Assembly: GCA_044356455.1 (NCBI GenBank)
Contig: JBIKWF010000105.1
Coordinates: forward strand, 1 to 15,856
Source: Bdellovibrionota bacterium
GTDB taxonomy: Bacteria; Bdellovibrionota_C; UBA2361; JBGSMV01
Direction: 5' to 3'
Length of the DNA stretch: 15,856 bases
Of this stretch, positions 1-8,853 are shown one piece after another (position 1 is the stretch's first letter; each line of letters opens with the position of its first letter). The notes under the pieces are model-generated. The model was given only the letters and a program-made list of their open reading frames with translations, was not told the origin of the DNA and ran no database searches. The translations under genes and the position numbers were made by a program.

Positions 1-1772
1 AAAAGGATTTTCGCCGTGTCATACCCTCCACTGGCAATATGCGCATAGGCTAGCTCAACTTTGGTTTGCGCAGTCTGAATAGAATCATCCCCGCTTCGCT
101 GCTTCGAAAGCGCGAGAGCTTCCGCGAGCTTATCGACGGCAGCTGCGTTCGCCCCTCCCGCGCGTAGCATATGCGAAAGTTCCCGAAAAAGTTCCAGTGG
201 AATCTGAGAGGAATCGGCAGTAAGGCGCTTCGCGACCTCAACCGCCTGCTGCGCAAGCGTCTCCGCCTTTCCGTATTGTTCCTGAGCTTCGAACGCCTGG
301 GCAGCTTGCATCAGAGCATCAATATGGCCTGAGCTCTCCTCTCCGAAAGCTTGCGCACAGAGTTTTACAAGTGTTACTGCCTGCGAGAGCTGCTCATCTG
401 CCCGGCCTATGCTCGCGAGAAAATCACAGTAGTTCTGGTGCGCAATGACATCGAGCTCTTTCTGGGCCAAGCTTGTTTCGGACACAAAATGAAGGGCAGC
501 AAAGTGCCGCTCCTCAGCTTCCTCATAGAGCGCCGCACGCTTCTTTGCCCCTTTACTCCCAGGCGTGGTGTCAGTTTTCGCAATCTGCACTATTGCCAGC
601 GACGAATACTGGAACGCTTCGACTAGAGAATACGCGTCAACACGAGATCCTCTCTGATAAAGCTCAATGGCTGCATCAAAATGTTCGCGTGCTTTTTCAG
701 GCTCACCCTCTCTCAGCTTGCAGATACCCGCCACACGGTGAGCAATTGCCGCACTAGAAAATGCGGCATCTGTCTCCGGCGATTGCGTGAGGCGTTCCAA
801 GGTTTCACTGGCTATCGCATGAGCCTCGTCAAATTCATCTAGGCTCAAATGAGTTTCAGCAATCTTGGCATACCAACAAAGTATCTTGGGCTCAGACGAA
901 TGTGCGGCATTCGGCACTAACCTCGTGCTCTGCTCTAGGAGAGACAGTGCCACCCGGTATTCTTCTCGCGCGGCAAGAACCTCTGCGAGCTCTGCGCGCA
1001 CTTCCGCAGTCTCAAGCGACTCCTTGCCCAGAAGTCTCTCAGCAGCACGAAGGGCGCCTTTGGCGCATCGGAGCTCATTTTCTTGATCATGCAGAGATCT
1101 ACAGGCGGGCACGGCGCTTCGTAAGGCCGAAACCAAGAGCTGCCCGGCTACCGTCTGCTGAGCAGGAGCGGGAGAATTAATTATTCTCTGAAATAATCTT
1201 AGACCACTCTTGAAGATGCCCCTTGCCTCTAGGCGCTCCTTCTCAAGATCAGAGGTGCCCAAGGAAAGTGCCAGCTCTATGCTTATACTTGCGGCTCCCA
1301 ACGGGTGAGGGAATTGAGGCCTTAGCGCAATTTCCAAACACTCCCGCCACATCGCCGAAGCTTCCGGAAGGTTCCCCGTAGAAGATAGAATCTGAGCTGC
1401 GAGAGAGCACCCCGCACAATAGTTTTTGATTTGGATTGCATAGTCAGGACTCGCGCATATCGCCTCCCTGCGTCCGGGTGAGAGCCCTTTTATCTGGCTC
1501 TCTCCATACGTCGCTCGAAAGCTACTGAGTGCATCGCGGCACAAGGCAAGGGCCGCATCAGACTGCTCATGTTCAAAGAGGTAACCGACTCGCCGAGCGA
1601 TGTCCTGCCAAGATTCCCCGGATTTTTTCACCCGCGCACTAGAAACGGCTGGAAGGCTTATGTAGCCAAGAGACGTGAGACTACGATCGCTCCCTGCAAC
1701 GCTGCGTATGGCGTCAGCAGACGAGTTCTTTGCTCTTAAGATTCGTGAAACTTTGGTTACCGCGGGGGACAT
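1..1772 (-). CDS. Tetratricopeptide-repeat-like helical protein, partial (>=590 aa, C-terminus beyond window edge)
   Basis: Manual translation from ATG at 1772 (MSPAVTKVSRILRAK...) stays open to position 3, with an in-frame TAG three codons upstream of the ATG. TPR-like helices include ETAEVRAELAEVLAAREEYRVALSLLEQS, AHRVAGICKLREGEPEKAREHFDAAIELY and ALMQAAQAFEAQEQYGKAETLAQQAVEVA. Confidence 0.88.
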   Translation of the reverse strand, partial: MSPAVTKVSRILRAKNSSADAIRSVAGSDRSLTSLGYISLPAVSSARVKKSGESWQDIARRVGYLFEHEQSDAALALCRDALSSFRATYGESQIKGLSPGRREAICASPDYAIQIKNYCAGCSLAAQILSSTGNLPEASAMWRECLEIALRPQFPHPLGAASISIELALSLGTSDLEKERLEARGIFKSGLRLFQRIINSPAPAQQTVAGQLLVSALRSAVPACRSLHDQENELRCAKGALRAAERLLGKESLETAEVRAELAEVLAAREEYRVALSLLEQSTRLVPNAAHSSEPKILCWYAKIAETHLSLDEFDEAHAIASETLERLTQSPETDAAFSSAAIAHRVAGICKLREGEPEKAREHFDAAIELYQRGSRVDAYSLVEAFQYSSLAIVQIAKTDTTPGSKGAKKRAALYEEAEERHFAALHFVSETSLAQKELDVIAHQNYCDFLASIGRADEQLSQAVTLVKLCAQAFGEESSGHIDALMQAAQAFEAQEQYGKAETLAQQAVEVAKRLTADSSQIPLELFRELSHMLRAGGANAAAVDKLAEALALSKQRSGDDSIQTAQTKVELAYAHIASGGYDTAKIL

Positions 1773-2242
1773 CAACAACTACCGAAGCTACAACGTAGAA
1801 GCGAGTATCATAGATTTAGTCTAGACTCTAATGGGATTTTGGGGCCTAAGCGCCCTCTCTGCCATGCTCCTATTGGTCTACAACTCTTACTCGGGTGGCT
1901 ACGCCTCCTTAATTCCTGCGTTTGATTACGTGATGTGTGTCTTAACGTATGTTAGCCTGCGCTTTCCGTTGGCGGCGCGACTGGGACGAGTCCCTAAATC
2001 CTTTCTTTGACCTCATACCCATCTCATTTTTAGGCGGAGAATCCGCGCGCGAGGAAGGCAAACTCCTGAAATTGCTGGCCTTTGCCGAGAGGGCGCGCCA
2101 AGATAGCGAGGAGTCTCTCCCGTAGAAAGTTCCTCCCACTACTTGTTGTGGTGGCGACGGAACACCCCCCCTAGGCAACTCATTCCCTTAATCATCCATA
2201 CCAGATAAAACCCTAAGCGTTTCTGGGTGGGAGGGTGAAATC

Positions 2243-3562
2243 GTGCATACGTACTCTTTTACTTCGAGTCTCTCGAAGGCATTTTTTTCTGTCGCTGCTC
2301 TATTAGCGATTTCGTTAAGTTGTGTAGCGACCGAGACATGCGCTCAGACATTAGAAACGCTATCACCAACGCAGTCCACCACAGGAGATAGACTAGGGCA
2401 CAGTGCAAGTGTCTCGGGCCGACGTCTCGTAATGGGGGCACCGCTTAGCGACACACCGCTTCTTAACGCAGGCGCCGTTTACGCATATTACATTGACTCT
2501 TTCTCCTCCCGATTCGACGGTCGCTTGCTTCCCTCTGACCCCAGTACGGGAAGTAATTTTGGAGCCGCGGTAAGCGTAAGCGGCGATTTCGTAGCTATTG
2601 GAGCTCCGCTTGAAGATCGCGGCATCAGTGTAGATGTCGGTTCAGTCTATGTTTTCAAGCGGCTTCCTCAAGGCTGGGTGCAGCAGGCAAAAGTATTGGC
2701 TCCAACTCCAGCGGCTGGTCAGCGTTTTGGCTTTTCGGTTGCGCTCGTGGGAAATGATCTTCTCGTGGGAGCACCTGGCGAAGCCTCTCAACGGGGGTCC
2801 ATCTACCGCTTTAAGTCAGTAGTGGGCACGTGGACTTACCAAGAGCGATGGGACCCCTCAAATCCGATTCTTGCTCAGAACTTTGGTCATGCGCTGGCGT
2901 TTGATGGAACATGGGCGGCTGTTGGCATGCTTCAAAACGCGCCTGAAGCGTCGAACCCGGGCCGGGTACACATGTACTTGAACATGGGCGGAACCTTTTC
3001 TGAAGCTCAAGTTATTCTTCCGACAGGTGGCCATCTTGATGACCGCGCAGGTTCGAGCCTTGCCCTGTCATCCAACCTTTTAGTTGTTGGAGCGCGTGGA
3101 CTCAATAGTGGCGCGGTGAACAATGGCGGCGCCTTTGTATTCCAGCTTCAAACGGGAATCTGGACTCAGGCTCAGATCTTGACTCCTGGAACGACCCAGG
3201 CAAATCAGTTCGCTGGCTTTTCCGTTGCAGCCCTGGGTGGATTCACTCCCGGCACGGAGATCTCCCTTGGCGCGCCTTATTTTAATGGAGCGGCTTCGGA
3301 TACGGGAGCGGTCTATGCCTTTTACCGGGTAGGCAATAGCTTTATTCAAACTGCTGTCGTGCGTGGAAGCGCCGAAGAGGTAGGAGATCTTTTTGGATCT
3401 GCCCTTGGCCTTACTAAAATCAAGGCCACGACACGTGCTCTTTACGGCGCACCTGGCGACAATGCGCGTGGGACAGACTCCGGGCTCGGCTATCTTTCCA
3501 GGGCGGTGCCACGCTACGCTGAAGCAGTCCGTTTTGTATGCCCGTTACCTGATGACTGCTAG
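2243..3562 (+). CDS. Secreted FG-GAP repeat (integrin-alpha-like beta-propeller) protein
   Basis: N-terminal hydrophobic signal-like segment; seven FGxS/AV...GAP...GxVY repeats (GDRLGHS, SNFGAAV, QRFGFSV, QNFGHAL, DRAGSSL, QFAGFSV, DLFGSAL); SD GGGAGGG at 2229-2235 before GTG. Confidence 0.9.
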   Translation: MHTYSFTSSLSKAFFSVAALLAISLSCVATETCAQTLETLSPTQSTTGDRLGHSASVSGRRLVMGAPLSDTPLLNAGAVYAYYIDSFSSRFDGRLLPSDPSTGSNFGAAVSVSGDFVAIGAPLEDRGISVDVGSVYVFKRLPQGWVQQAKVLAPTPAAGQRFGFSVALVGNDLLVGAPGEASQRGSIYRFKSVVGTWTYQERWDPSNPILAQNFGHALAFDGTWAAVGMLQNAPEASNPGRVHMYLNMGGTFSEAQVILPTGGHLDDRAGSSLALSSNLLVVGARGLNSGAVNNGGAFVFQLQTGIWTQAQILTPGTTQANQFAGFSVAALGGFTPGTEISLGAPYFNGAASDTGAVYAFYRVGNSFIQTAVVRGSAEEVGDLFGSALGLTKIKATTRALYGAPGDNARGTDSGLGYLSRAVPRYAEAVRFVCPLPDDC

Positions 3563-3614
3563 GGAACCTCTGAACGAGCCCTCCTTCGTGGTATTAGTGG
3601 TTGGTTTTCATCAA

Positions 3615-4391
3615 TCACTTCCCGGCCGTATACTTTCGCGCCTGACGCCAGAGAAGTTCAAAATGTTCCAAATAGCCCCGCGCCACGGACCGATTCCAAA
3701 TCCTGATTATGAGGACCTGTGGGGCATAGGTCTCTATGGTGGTAAGCTCAGGCGTGATGCGCGTATAGGTGGGCGAAGTCAGGGCACCAGAAATAGTGCG
3801 AAGCTCATTACCCTTCTCTCTGGCGAAACGCTCTTTAAAGAGCTGAGAAGCAGCCTCTGGCGCGATGAGGCGTTTGCTGATCTTTTGTGATTGTCCTTCA
3901 TCTCGGTAACGCTGATAGAAAGGGCCAACTACCCTATAAAAATCTTCATCACTGGCCCCTCCTATCACACGCACCACGCCATCACAGCGCTTTGCTGAGT
4001 GAAGCACGGTGATGAGGTTATTAAAAAACTCTTCTGGGCCAAAATGCGTCGTCACTTCAATCTTATCCTGAGATCGGTTCTCAAGAGCAGTCAGAGCCGG
4101 AACGAGCTGCTCGGCATAAGCCGCGCGCTGGGCTTCAAGAGCGACGAGGACAGAAGGCGACGCAGCCTGAAAGACCCGCCTTCCGCGTTGCAACACAAAT
4201 GAAGCCAGGCTACGCCTCGAGAGCACATCGAGCGCGGCATAGACGTATTGGCGATGGAGCGCTAACTCGCGAATGAGAGGCCCCGCATTCGTAGGACCAA
4301 GTTTGAGCAAGCAAAGGTAAACCCGCGCCTCAGTTTTCGTGAGGTCAAAGCGCATGAGCTGCGACGCGAGCTGGCCTTCTGATAATGTCAT
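3615..4391 (-). CDS. TrmB-family transcriptional regulator (N-terminal winged HTH)
   Basis: LTKTEARVYLCLLKLGPTNAGPLIRELALHRQYVYAALDVL...FQAASP matches the TrmB HTH pattern. The C-terminus (IRIWNRSVARGYLEHFELLW) resembles that of TrmB-like proteins. Confidence 0.88.
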   Translation of the reverse strand: MTLSEGQLASQLMRFDLTKTEARVYLCLLKLGPTNAGPLIRELALHRQYVYAALDVLSRRSLASFVLQRGRRVFQAASPSVLVALEAQRAAYAEQLVPALTALENRSQDKIEVTTHFGPEEFFNNLITVLHSAKRCDGVVRVIGGASDEDFYRVVGPFYQRYRDEGQSQKISKRLIAPEAASQLFKERFAREKGNELRTISGALTSPTYTRITPELTTIETYAPQVLIIRIWNRSVARGYLEHFELLWRQARKYTAGK

Positions 4392-4472
4392 AACTATTCT
4401 GACGATATCTATAACTAGTTAGTAAATATACGTTTTATATATTGTTATTGTCATCATGAAATTTTTGACGAT
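4385..4472. promoter_or_regulatory. Two imperfect palindromic TCA-N9-TGACGAT boxes, candidate operators of the TrmB-like regulator
   Basis: ATGTCA-taactattc-TGACGAT (4385-4406) and TCATCA-tgaaatttt-TGACGAT (4451-4472), 66 bp apart in an AT-rich divergent intergenic region. Confidence 0.55.
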
Positions 4473-4493
4473 TATGACTGCAGGCCCTACCAT
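4465..4493 (+). promoter_or_regulatory. Sigma70-type promoter for the substrate-binding protein gene
   Basis: TTGACG (4465-4470), 17-bp spacer, TACCAT (4488-4493); SD GAGGT at 4510-4514 before ATG 4520. Confidence 0.55.
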
Positions 4494-4519
4494 GAGGCGT
4501 CTCATTGGTGAGGTATCTC

Positions 4520-5662
4520 ATGAAATCCCTATGGCATCGGCGATTCTTTTGCGTAGCAGTTGCTTCGCTTTTGTTCCCCACGCAACCTCAGGTTCTCGCG
4601 CAGGACAGCGGGACTCCTGAGCCGCTGAGAGTGGGTTGGATTGGGGGCATGTCTGGCCCGACTGCAAAATATGGTGCCTACGAATCTGCAATTCTCGCCG
4701 AGGAGGATATTAACCGTACTGGGGGTATCAACGGTCGTCCCTTAAAGCTTATCTTTGAAGATGGAAAAGGGAACGGGAAAACAGCGGTTAATGCGGCGCT
4801 CAAGCTGATGAGCATTGACCGCGTCACCTTTATTGTAGGTGGCCACAGCACCCCAGAGAGTCTTCCTATGGCATCCGTGGTTGATAGGAAAGGAGCCCTT
4901 ATGCTTGCGGCAATTACTTCCTCTCCTCGGCTCACTGGAGTAAGCAAGAATTTTTTTCGCGTGACCGCAGTAAGTTTGCAAGGAGCAGCGGCGCTTGCCA
5001 AGTACGCTGTCGAAACCAAGAAACTTGGTTCATTCGGAATCATCTATGAGCTTACAGACTACGCACAACCTCTCGCTGAAGGCTTTCGAGATGACGTAGC
5101 TTCGCGCGGGGGAAAAATCTCGGTATTCGAAGGGCTTCCTCCAGGCGAACTGGATGCTCGTCCCTTGCTTCTAAAAATGAAAGTTGCGGGAGTTACCTGC
5201 CTCTATCTTGGCATACAGAATCCCGAACTCGCGGGCATAGTTCTCCAGCAAGCAAGAGAAATCGCCTTTCATCCCCTTGTCCTGGGAAACGAAATTACAG
5301 GCAACGCAGTCTCCACCGCAGGAGAGAAAAAGCCCCTGTTTGAGGGACTGGTTTTCGCAGAACCAACTTTCAATCTTGAAGCTGAAAAGACGAAAGCATT
5401 TGTTGAAAGATATAAAAAGCGCTTTAGCGTGAACTCACTCCCCTACGGCTTTTGGTCCGCAGAAGCCTATGACGCCGTGAGGCTGCTTGCAGAAACCATG
5501 GCACGCTGCGGAGAGGAAGTTTCCGCGGTAAGAAGTTGCCTTCTTCAGACTAAGAACTATTCAGGAGTCTCGGGGCCGATTTCGATAAATACCCAGGGTG
5601 ATGGCGTAAGAGATTATCAGCTAAAAAAAATCTCAGATGGAATTCCCATGCCAGAGGCCTAA
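4520..5662 (+). CDS. ABC transporter substrate-binding protein, LivJ/LivK-like (type I periplasmic binding fold)
   Basis: Signal peptide, then LRVGWIGGMSGPTAKYG...LAEEDINRTGGINGRPLKLIFEDGK, FFRV, AEAYDAVRLLAE and YSGVSGPISINTQGD. Start placed at ATG 4520 because of the SD; the track starts at TTG 4505. Confidence 0.92.
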   Translation: MKSLWHRRFFCVAVASLLFPTQPQVLAQDSGTPEPLRVGWIGGMSGPTAKYGAYESAILAEEDINRTGGINGRPLKLIFEDGKGNGKTAVNAALKLMSIDRVTFIVGGHSTPESLPMASVVDRKGALMLAAITSSPRLTGVSKNFFRVTAVSLQGAAALAKYAVETKKLGSFGIIYELTDYAQPLAEGFRDDVASRGGKISVFEGLPPGELDARPLLLKMKVAGVTCLYLGIQNPELAGIVLQQAREIAFHPLVLGNEITGNAVSTAGEKKPLFEGLVFAEPTFNLEAEKTKAFVERYKKRFSVNSLPYGFWSAEAYDAVRLLAETMARCGEEVSAVRSCLLQTKNYSGVSGPISINTQGDGVRDYQLKKISDGIPMPEA

Positions 5663-5683
5663 ATATTGGTTATTGCGAGCGAT

Positions 5684-5712
5684 TTGATTAGCCGCCGGAC
5701 CGCAAGTAAATT
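5684..5712 (+). promoter_or_regulatory. Candidate leaderless sigma70-type promoter
   Basis: TTGATT (5684-5689), 17-bp spacer, TAAATT (5707-5712), then 7 nt to ATG 5720; no SD. Confidence 0.5.
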
Positions 5713-5719
5713 AGCGCTC

Positions 5720-6538
5720 ATGTCCATCGGCCCCGAAAGCAGTAACCCTACCGGCGCTCCTAAACGCGCAACACCTCTTCGAAAGGACACATCGTCAGAT
5801 TCTGTGCCTCCTCGCGCTCCCCTCGCGAAACTTCCGCCGCCTCCACGTGAGATCCAACCGTCTGAGTTCTCTCGCCCCTTTATTCAAGACCACCTTAGAG
5901 CACGAGCCTCTTCTGGCCTGGCAAGAAGCTCAGGCGCACTCGCTCACATCTGCACTAGACTTGCATCTCTCACTGAAAGAATGCATGCCTTGGCATCCGA
6001 TGTGGGATGGCTGCCCTTCTATTCTCTTCAGGAGCAAGACGGCGACCCCATCGGGTATTTTGAACTTTCGCGTGCCAGGAGAGATAACAAGTCCTTCATT
6101 ATTTTAAAGGAAGTTCGGCACGCAAAAATTTCATTGGTCGAAAAATCCTATGGCCCAGAACACGAGCTCACCCAGGAAGAGGAAGCGCTCGATGCCTTTC
6201 TCACTAAGATGGATTGCGAAACTGAGCAGCAGTTCCATACCGAGCTAAGCTCAAAGCAAGTCGAAATCGGCTTTGCCGTCGCGTGCACGCACTCCGAAGG
6301 ATTTTGGAATACTTCGTCTCGGACATTTGCGCTCACCGATGGAATCTTGCATGCGCTGCTTATCGATCTACCAAAGGGTGGCGTGAGCCTCGGATATCCT
6401 AATCTCCATTCCTGGCAACCTGACTCAGAGACAACTGAGCCACTTCCCCTTTTAGCCAAAGATTTAGACCTCTTGCTAGGCCCGGGAGATGCGCTTCTGA
6501 CCTGGGCTGACGAGGTACTTTCGAAAGAGATGATTTAG
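5720..6538 (+). CDS. Hypothetical protein with Pro/Ser-rich, probably disordered N-terminus
   Basis: Long ORF filling the gap between genes; ATG 5720 preferred over TTG 5666 because of promoter geometry; no family recognised. Confidence 0.75.
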   Translation: MSIGPESSNPTGAPKRATPLRKDTSSDSVPPRAPLAKLPPPPREIQPSEFSRPFIQDHLRARASSGLARSSGALAHICTRLASLTERMHALASDVGWLPFYSLQEQDGDPIGYFELSRARRDNKSFIILKEVRHAKISLVEKSYGPEHELTQEEEALDAFLTKMDCETEQQFHTELSSKQVEIGFAVACTHSEGFWNTSSRTFALTDGILHALLIDLPKGGVSLGYPNLHSWQPDSETTEPLPLLAKDLDLLLGPGDALLTWADEVLSKEMI

Positions 6539-6689
6539 TCTCGTTTGCATTGCACACGAGAAAACACTATTTGCAAAGCATTGCTTGGGCTTTAATTCCT
6601 AATAAATCTTTAGGCTTACCTGATTACCTGCTAAGCGGCGGATATTGGTAGAGCGCTCCACAACAGAGGTCGATAGAAACTCTAAGTCT

Positions 6690-8483
6690 ATGAAATACCT
6701 CTGCGTTACCTTTCTTACAGCCGCATCGATTCTCATGCTGACTCTTCCTGCGGCTTCGCAGACCCTTCTTGCGAGTCAAAGCAGCACCCCAGAACCTCCC
6801 GACGGGGTAAGCTCTTCACCTGACATCAGCTCTGATAGTCGCTTAATGGTGTTCTCCTCAACCTCGACCAACCTGGTTTCAGGAGATACCAACGGAGCTG
6901 CTGATGTTTTCTTGCATACACAGGAGAATCTCCTTGCAACGCCCAATCCCGATGGACTGAGACAAACTACGCTCATTTCAAAAGGGCTAGGCGGACTACC
7001 CGCTGATGGCGCAAGCTCATCTCCTCGCATCAGCGACAATGGGCGCTGGATTGTCTTTTCGTCCACCGCAACAAATCTTGTCGCCTCGGATACGAACGGT
7101 AAATCAGATATTTTCCTGTATAATAGCGATAATCTCTCGCTCAGAAGAATTAGCTTACCTATCACCGTCTTTGGAGTTGAAACAGGGGAAGCTGATGGCG
7201 ATAGTGTAACCCCCGCTATCTCAGCCGACGGGTGCTACATTGCCTACGCTTCTGATGCCACTAATCTTCTTGCCCTTGGACAAGACGGGTCCTCGGTCAC
7301 TGACACTAATGGGAAACGCGATATTATTCTCTACCTCAATATGGCTGAGTCCTCGTGTGGATTCTCCCAACTTCAAAATGAACTCATAAATGTAGGAGCA
7401 GGCGGACAACTAGCGAACGACGACAGCTCACTCCCTCGCATAGGTGGCAATGCCTACGTTGCCTTTGTTTCTGCCGCCACTAATCTCGTAGCCGATGATA
7501 CAAACGGCTTTGCCGACGTCTTTATAAGAGATCGGAGACTCTCAATTGGAGATGGCCGCACCACTTTGCTTGTCTCCCGATCAACGACAGGATCTCCTGG
7601 GAATGGAGGAAGCTACTCAATCGATATCGAGGAAGGTGGCAACTTTGCCTTTGATTCCGACGCCTCTGACCTTGTCGCCTCTGATTCAAACGGTAAGCGA
7701 GATGTTTTTCGTCGCGCGATTACATCGAGCCGAACGCTCACTGATTCTCTGCTTGTAAGCTCAAAGATAAATGGAACTCAAGGGAATGGAGACAGCAGCT
7801 CTCCTTCTCTGGTCAATGGAGCGAACTACATCGCATTCGCCTCTGATGCGACGAACCTGAGTGAAAGAACCGACTGCAACAATGCACGAGACATTTTTGT
7901 GAGGGATTATCTGCTTGGCACTCTAAGGCGCGTGAACCTTAGCACTTCAGGCTATCAGGCAGACACGGGCTCAAACAGTGACCTACCAGCGCTGGCCCCG
8001 GGAGCGCTGCTTGTGGCATATGAGTCATCCTCGGACCTTCTACCTTCTGATACCAACCAGAACGTGGATATCTATGCCTCAGTAGCCTCGCAAGATCCCC
8101 AGTCTCGCGATAATCCCCTTTCAGCGGGAGTTCGACTTGATGAGCCGCCGGATGTCTGCGTCAAAGGCGCCGCAGCTTCTGTCTTCATGGAGTATTTCTC
8201 GGAAGTGGCATCGAGCTCATTTACTCACCCGAGTGCCTCAGCAACGAGCACGCGCTGCCCTGCGAACAAGATCTGCTACAGCGTTGACCTTACCCCTACC
8301 GGGAAAGGCGCCCGAGAGCGAGATAGCGCTAAAAAGCTCGTGAAACGGAATCAGGCCTCTTTTACCAAGCTCAAGCCTGGGGCATACCGAGTTTCGTTCC
8401 GAGCGAGTGGTCAGGCCGGCAATCGAACTATCACTACCAATCGAAGCCCGAAGCGAAAAATTACTATCCGGGCACGTCGATAA
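6690..8483 (+). CDS. Secreted TolB-like/PD40-repeat beta-propeller protein with basic C-terminal domain
   Basis: Signal peptide MKYLCVTFLTAASILMLTLPAASQ; seven repeats of the P-x-IS-x-DG...F-x-S-x-ATNLV-xx-DTNG-xx-DVF type. Not a true tolB: no TolB N-domain recognised and no tol-pal context. Confidence 0.88.
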   Translation: MKYLCVTFLTAASILMLTLPAASQTLLASQSSTPEPPDGVSSSPDISSDSRLMVFSSTSTNLVSGDTNGAADVFLHTQENLLATPNPDGLRQTTLISKGLGGLPADGASSSPRISDNGRWIVFSSTATNLVASDTNGKSDIFLYNSDNLSLRRISLPITVFGVETGEADGDSVTPAISADGCYIAYASDATNLLALGQDGSSVTDTNGKRDIILYLNMAESSCGFSQLQNELINVGAGGQLANDDSSLPRIGGNAYVAFVSAATNLVADDTNGFADVFIRDRRLSIGDGRTTLLVSRSTTGSPGNGGSYSIDIEEGGNFAFDSDASDLVASDSNGKRDVFRRAITSSRTLTDSLLVSSKINGTQGNGDSSSPSLVNGANYIAFASDATNLSERTDCNNARDIFVRDYLLGTLRRVNLSTSGYQADTGSNSDLPALAPGALLVAYESSSDLLPSDTNQNVDIYASVASQDPQSRDNPLSAGVRLDEPPDVCVKGAAASVFMEYFSEVASSSFTHPSASATSTRCPANKICYSVDLTPTGKGARERDSAKKLVKRNQASFTKLKPGAYRVSFRASGQAGNRTITTNRSPKRKITIRARR

Positions 8484-8545
8484 AGACTTTCTCATTTCTA
8501 AGCGCTGCTCCCAGCATACCTCCAAACCCTCCTGGGACATCCCTG

Positions 8546-8683
8546 TGTTACTTTGGGACTGGAATTGAAGAAGGAGATGTTCTGATTGTCCCTCACCAAG
8601 GAGCGCTGACCTTCGCTCTCGCGCAGGAGTTTATTCGGCCTATCGCTCGGATAAATCTGCTCGACCCCAACGCCCAACGCTAA
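8546..8683 (+). pseudogene. 3' remnant of a PLP-dependent Orn/DAP/Arg decarboxylase (LysA-like) gene
   Basis: Startless frame CYFGTGIEEGDVLIVPHQGALTFALAQEFIRPIARINLLDPNAQR* fits the fold-type III decarboxylase C-terminal pattern (ExGDxL...GAY...RP). Confidence 0.55.
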
Positions 8684-8853
8684 CCTCTTGAAACTTTTCT
8701 ATTTTCTTTTGTTTCTGCTCGGTTTGGGACAGCACATCTCGACTTCAGATCTTCATAACCTATCTGACTCGACCGCTGGTGTTTCCAGTCACTCTTTAGG
8801 TTCTCTTTTCTTTTCGGACCACGTGTCAACTCCTCAGTCGCCGGGCTCCTCTT

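Noticed and set aside
50..1180. Five short track ORFs (68-94 aa)
   Set aside because: They are antisense or off-frame shadows of the long minus-strand TPR-like gene.
2040..2135. GGCAAAC...GAAA...TTTGCC stem resembling a c-di-GMP-I riboswitch upstream of the FG-GAP gene
   Set aside because: Lacks the paired GAAA-tetraloop stem and the downstream GACGCAAAGC consensus.
3393..3890. 165-aa plus-strand ORF
   Set aside because: Overlaps both the FG-GAP gene and the TrmB-like gene; no recognisable motifs.
6690..8483. Naming this gene tolB
   Set aside because: Only the repeat type is shared; there is no TolB N-terminal domain and no tolQRA/pal context.
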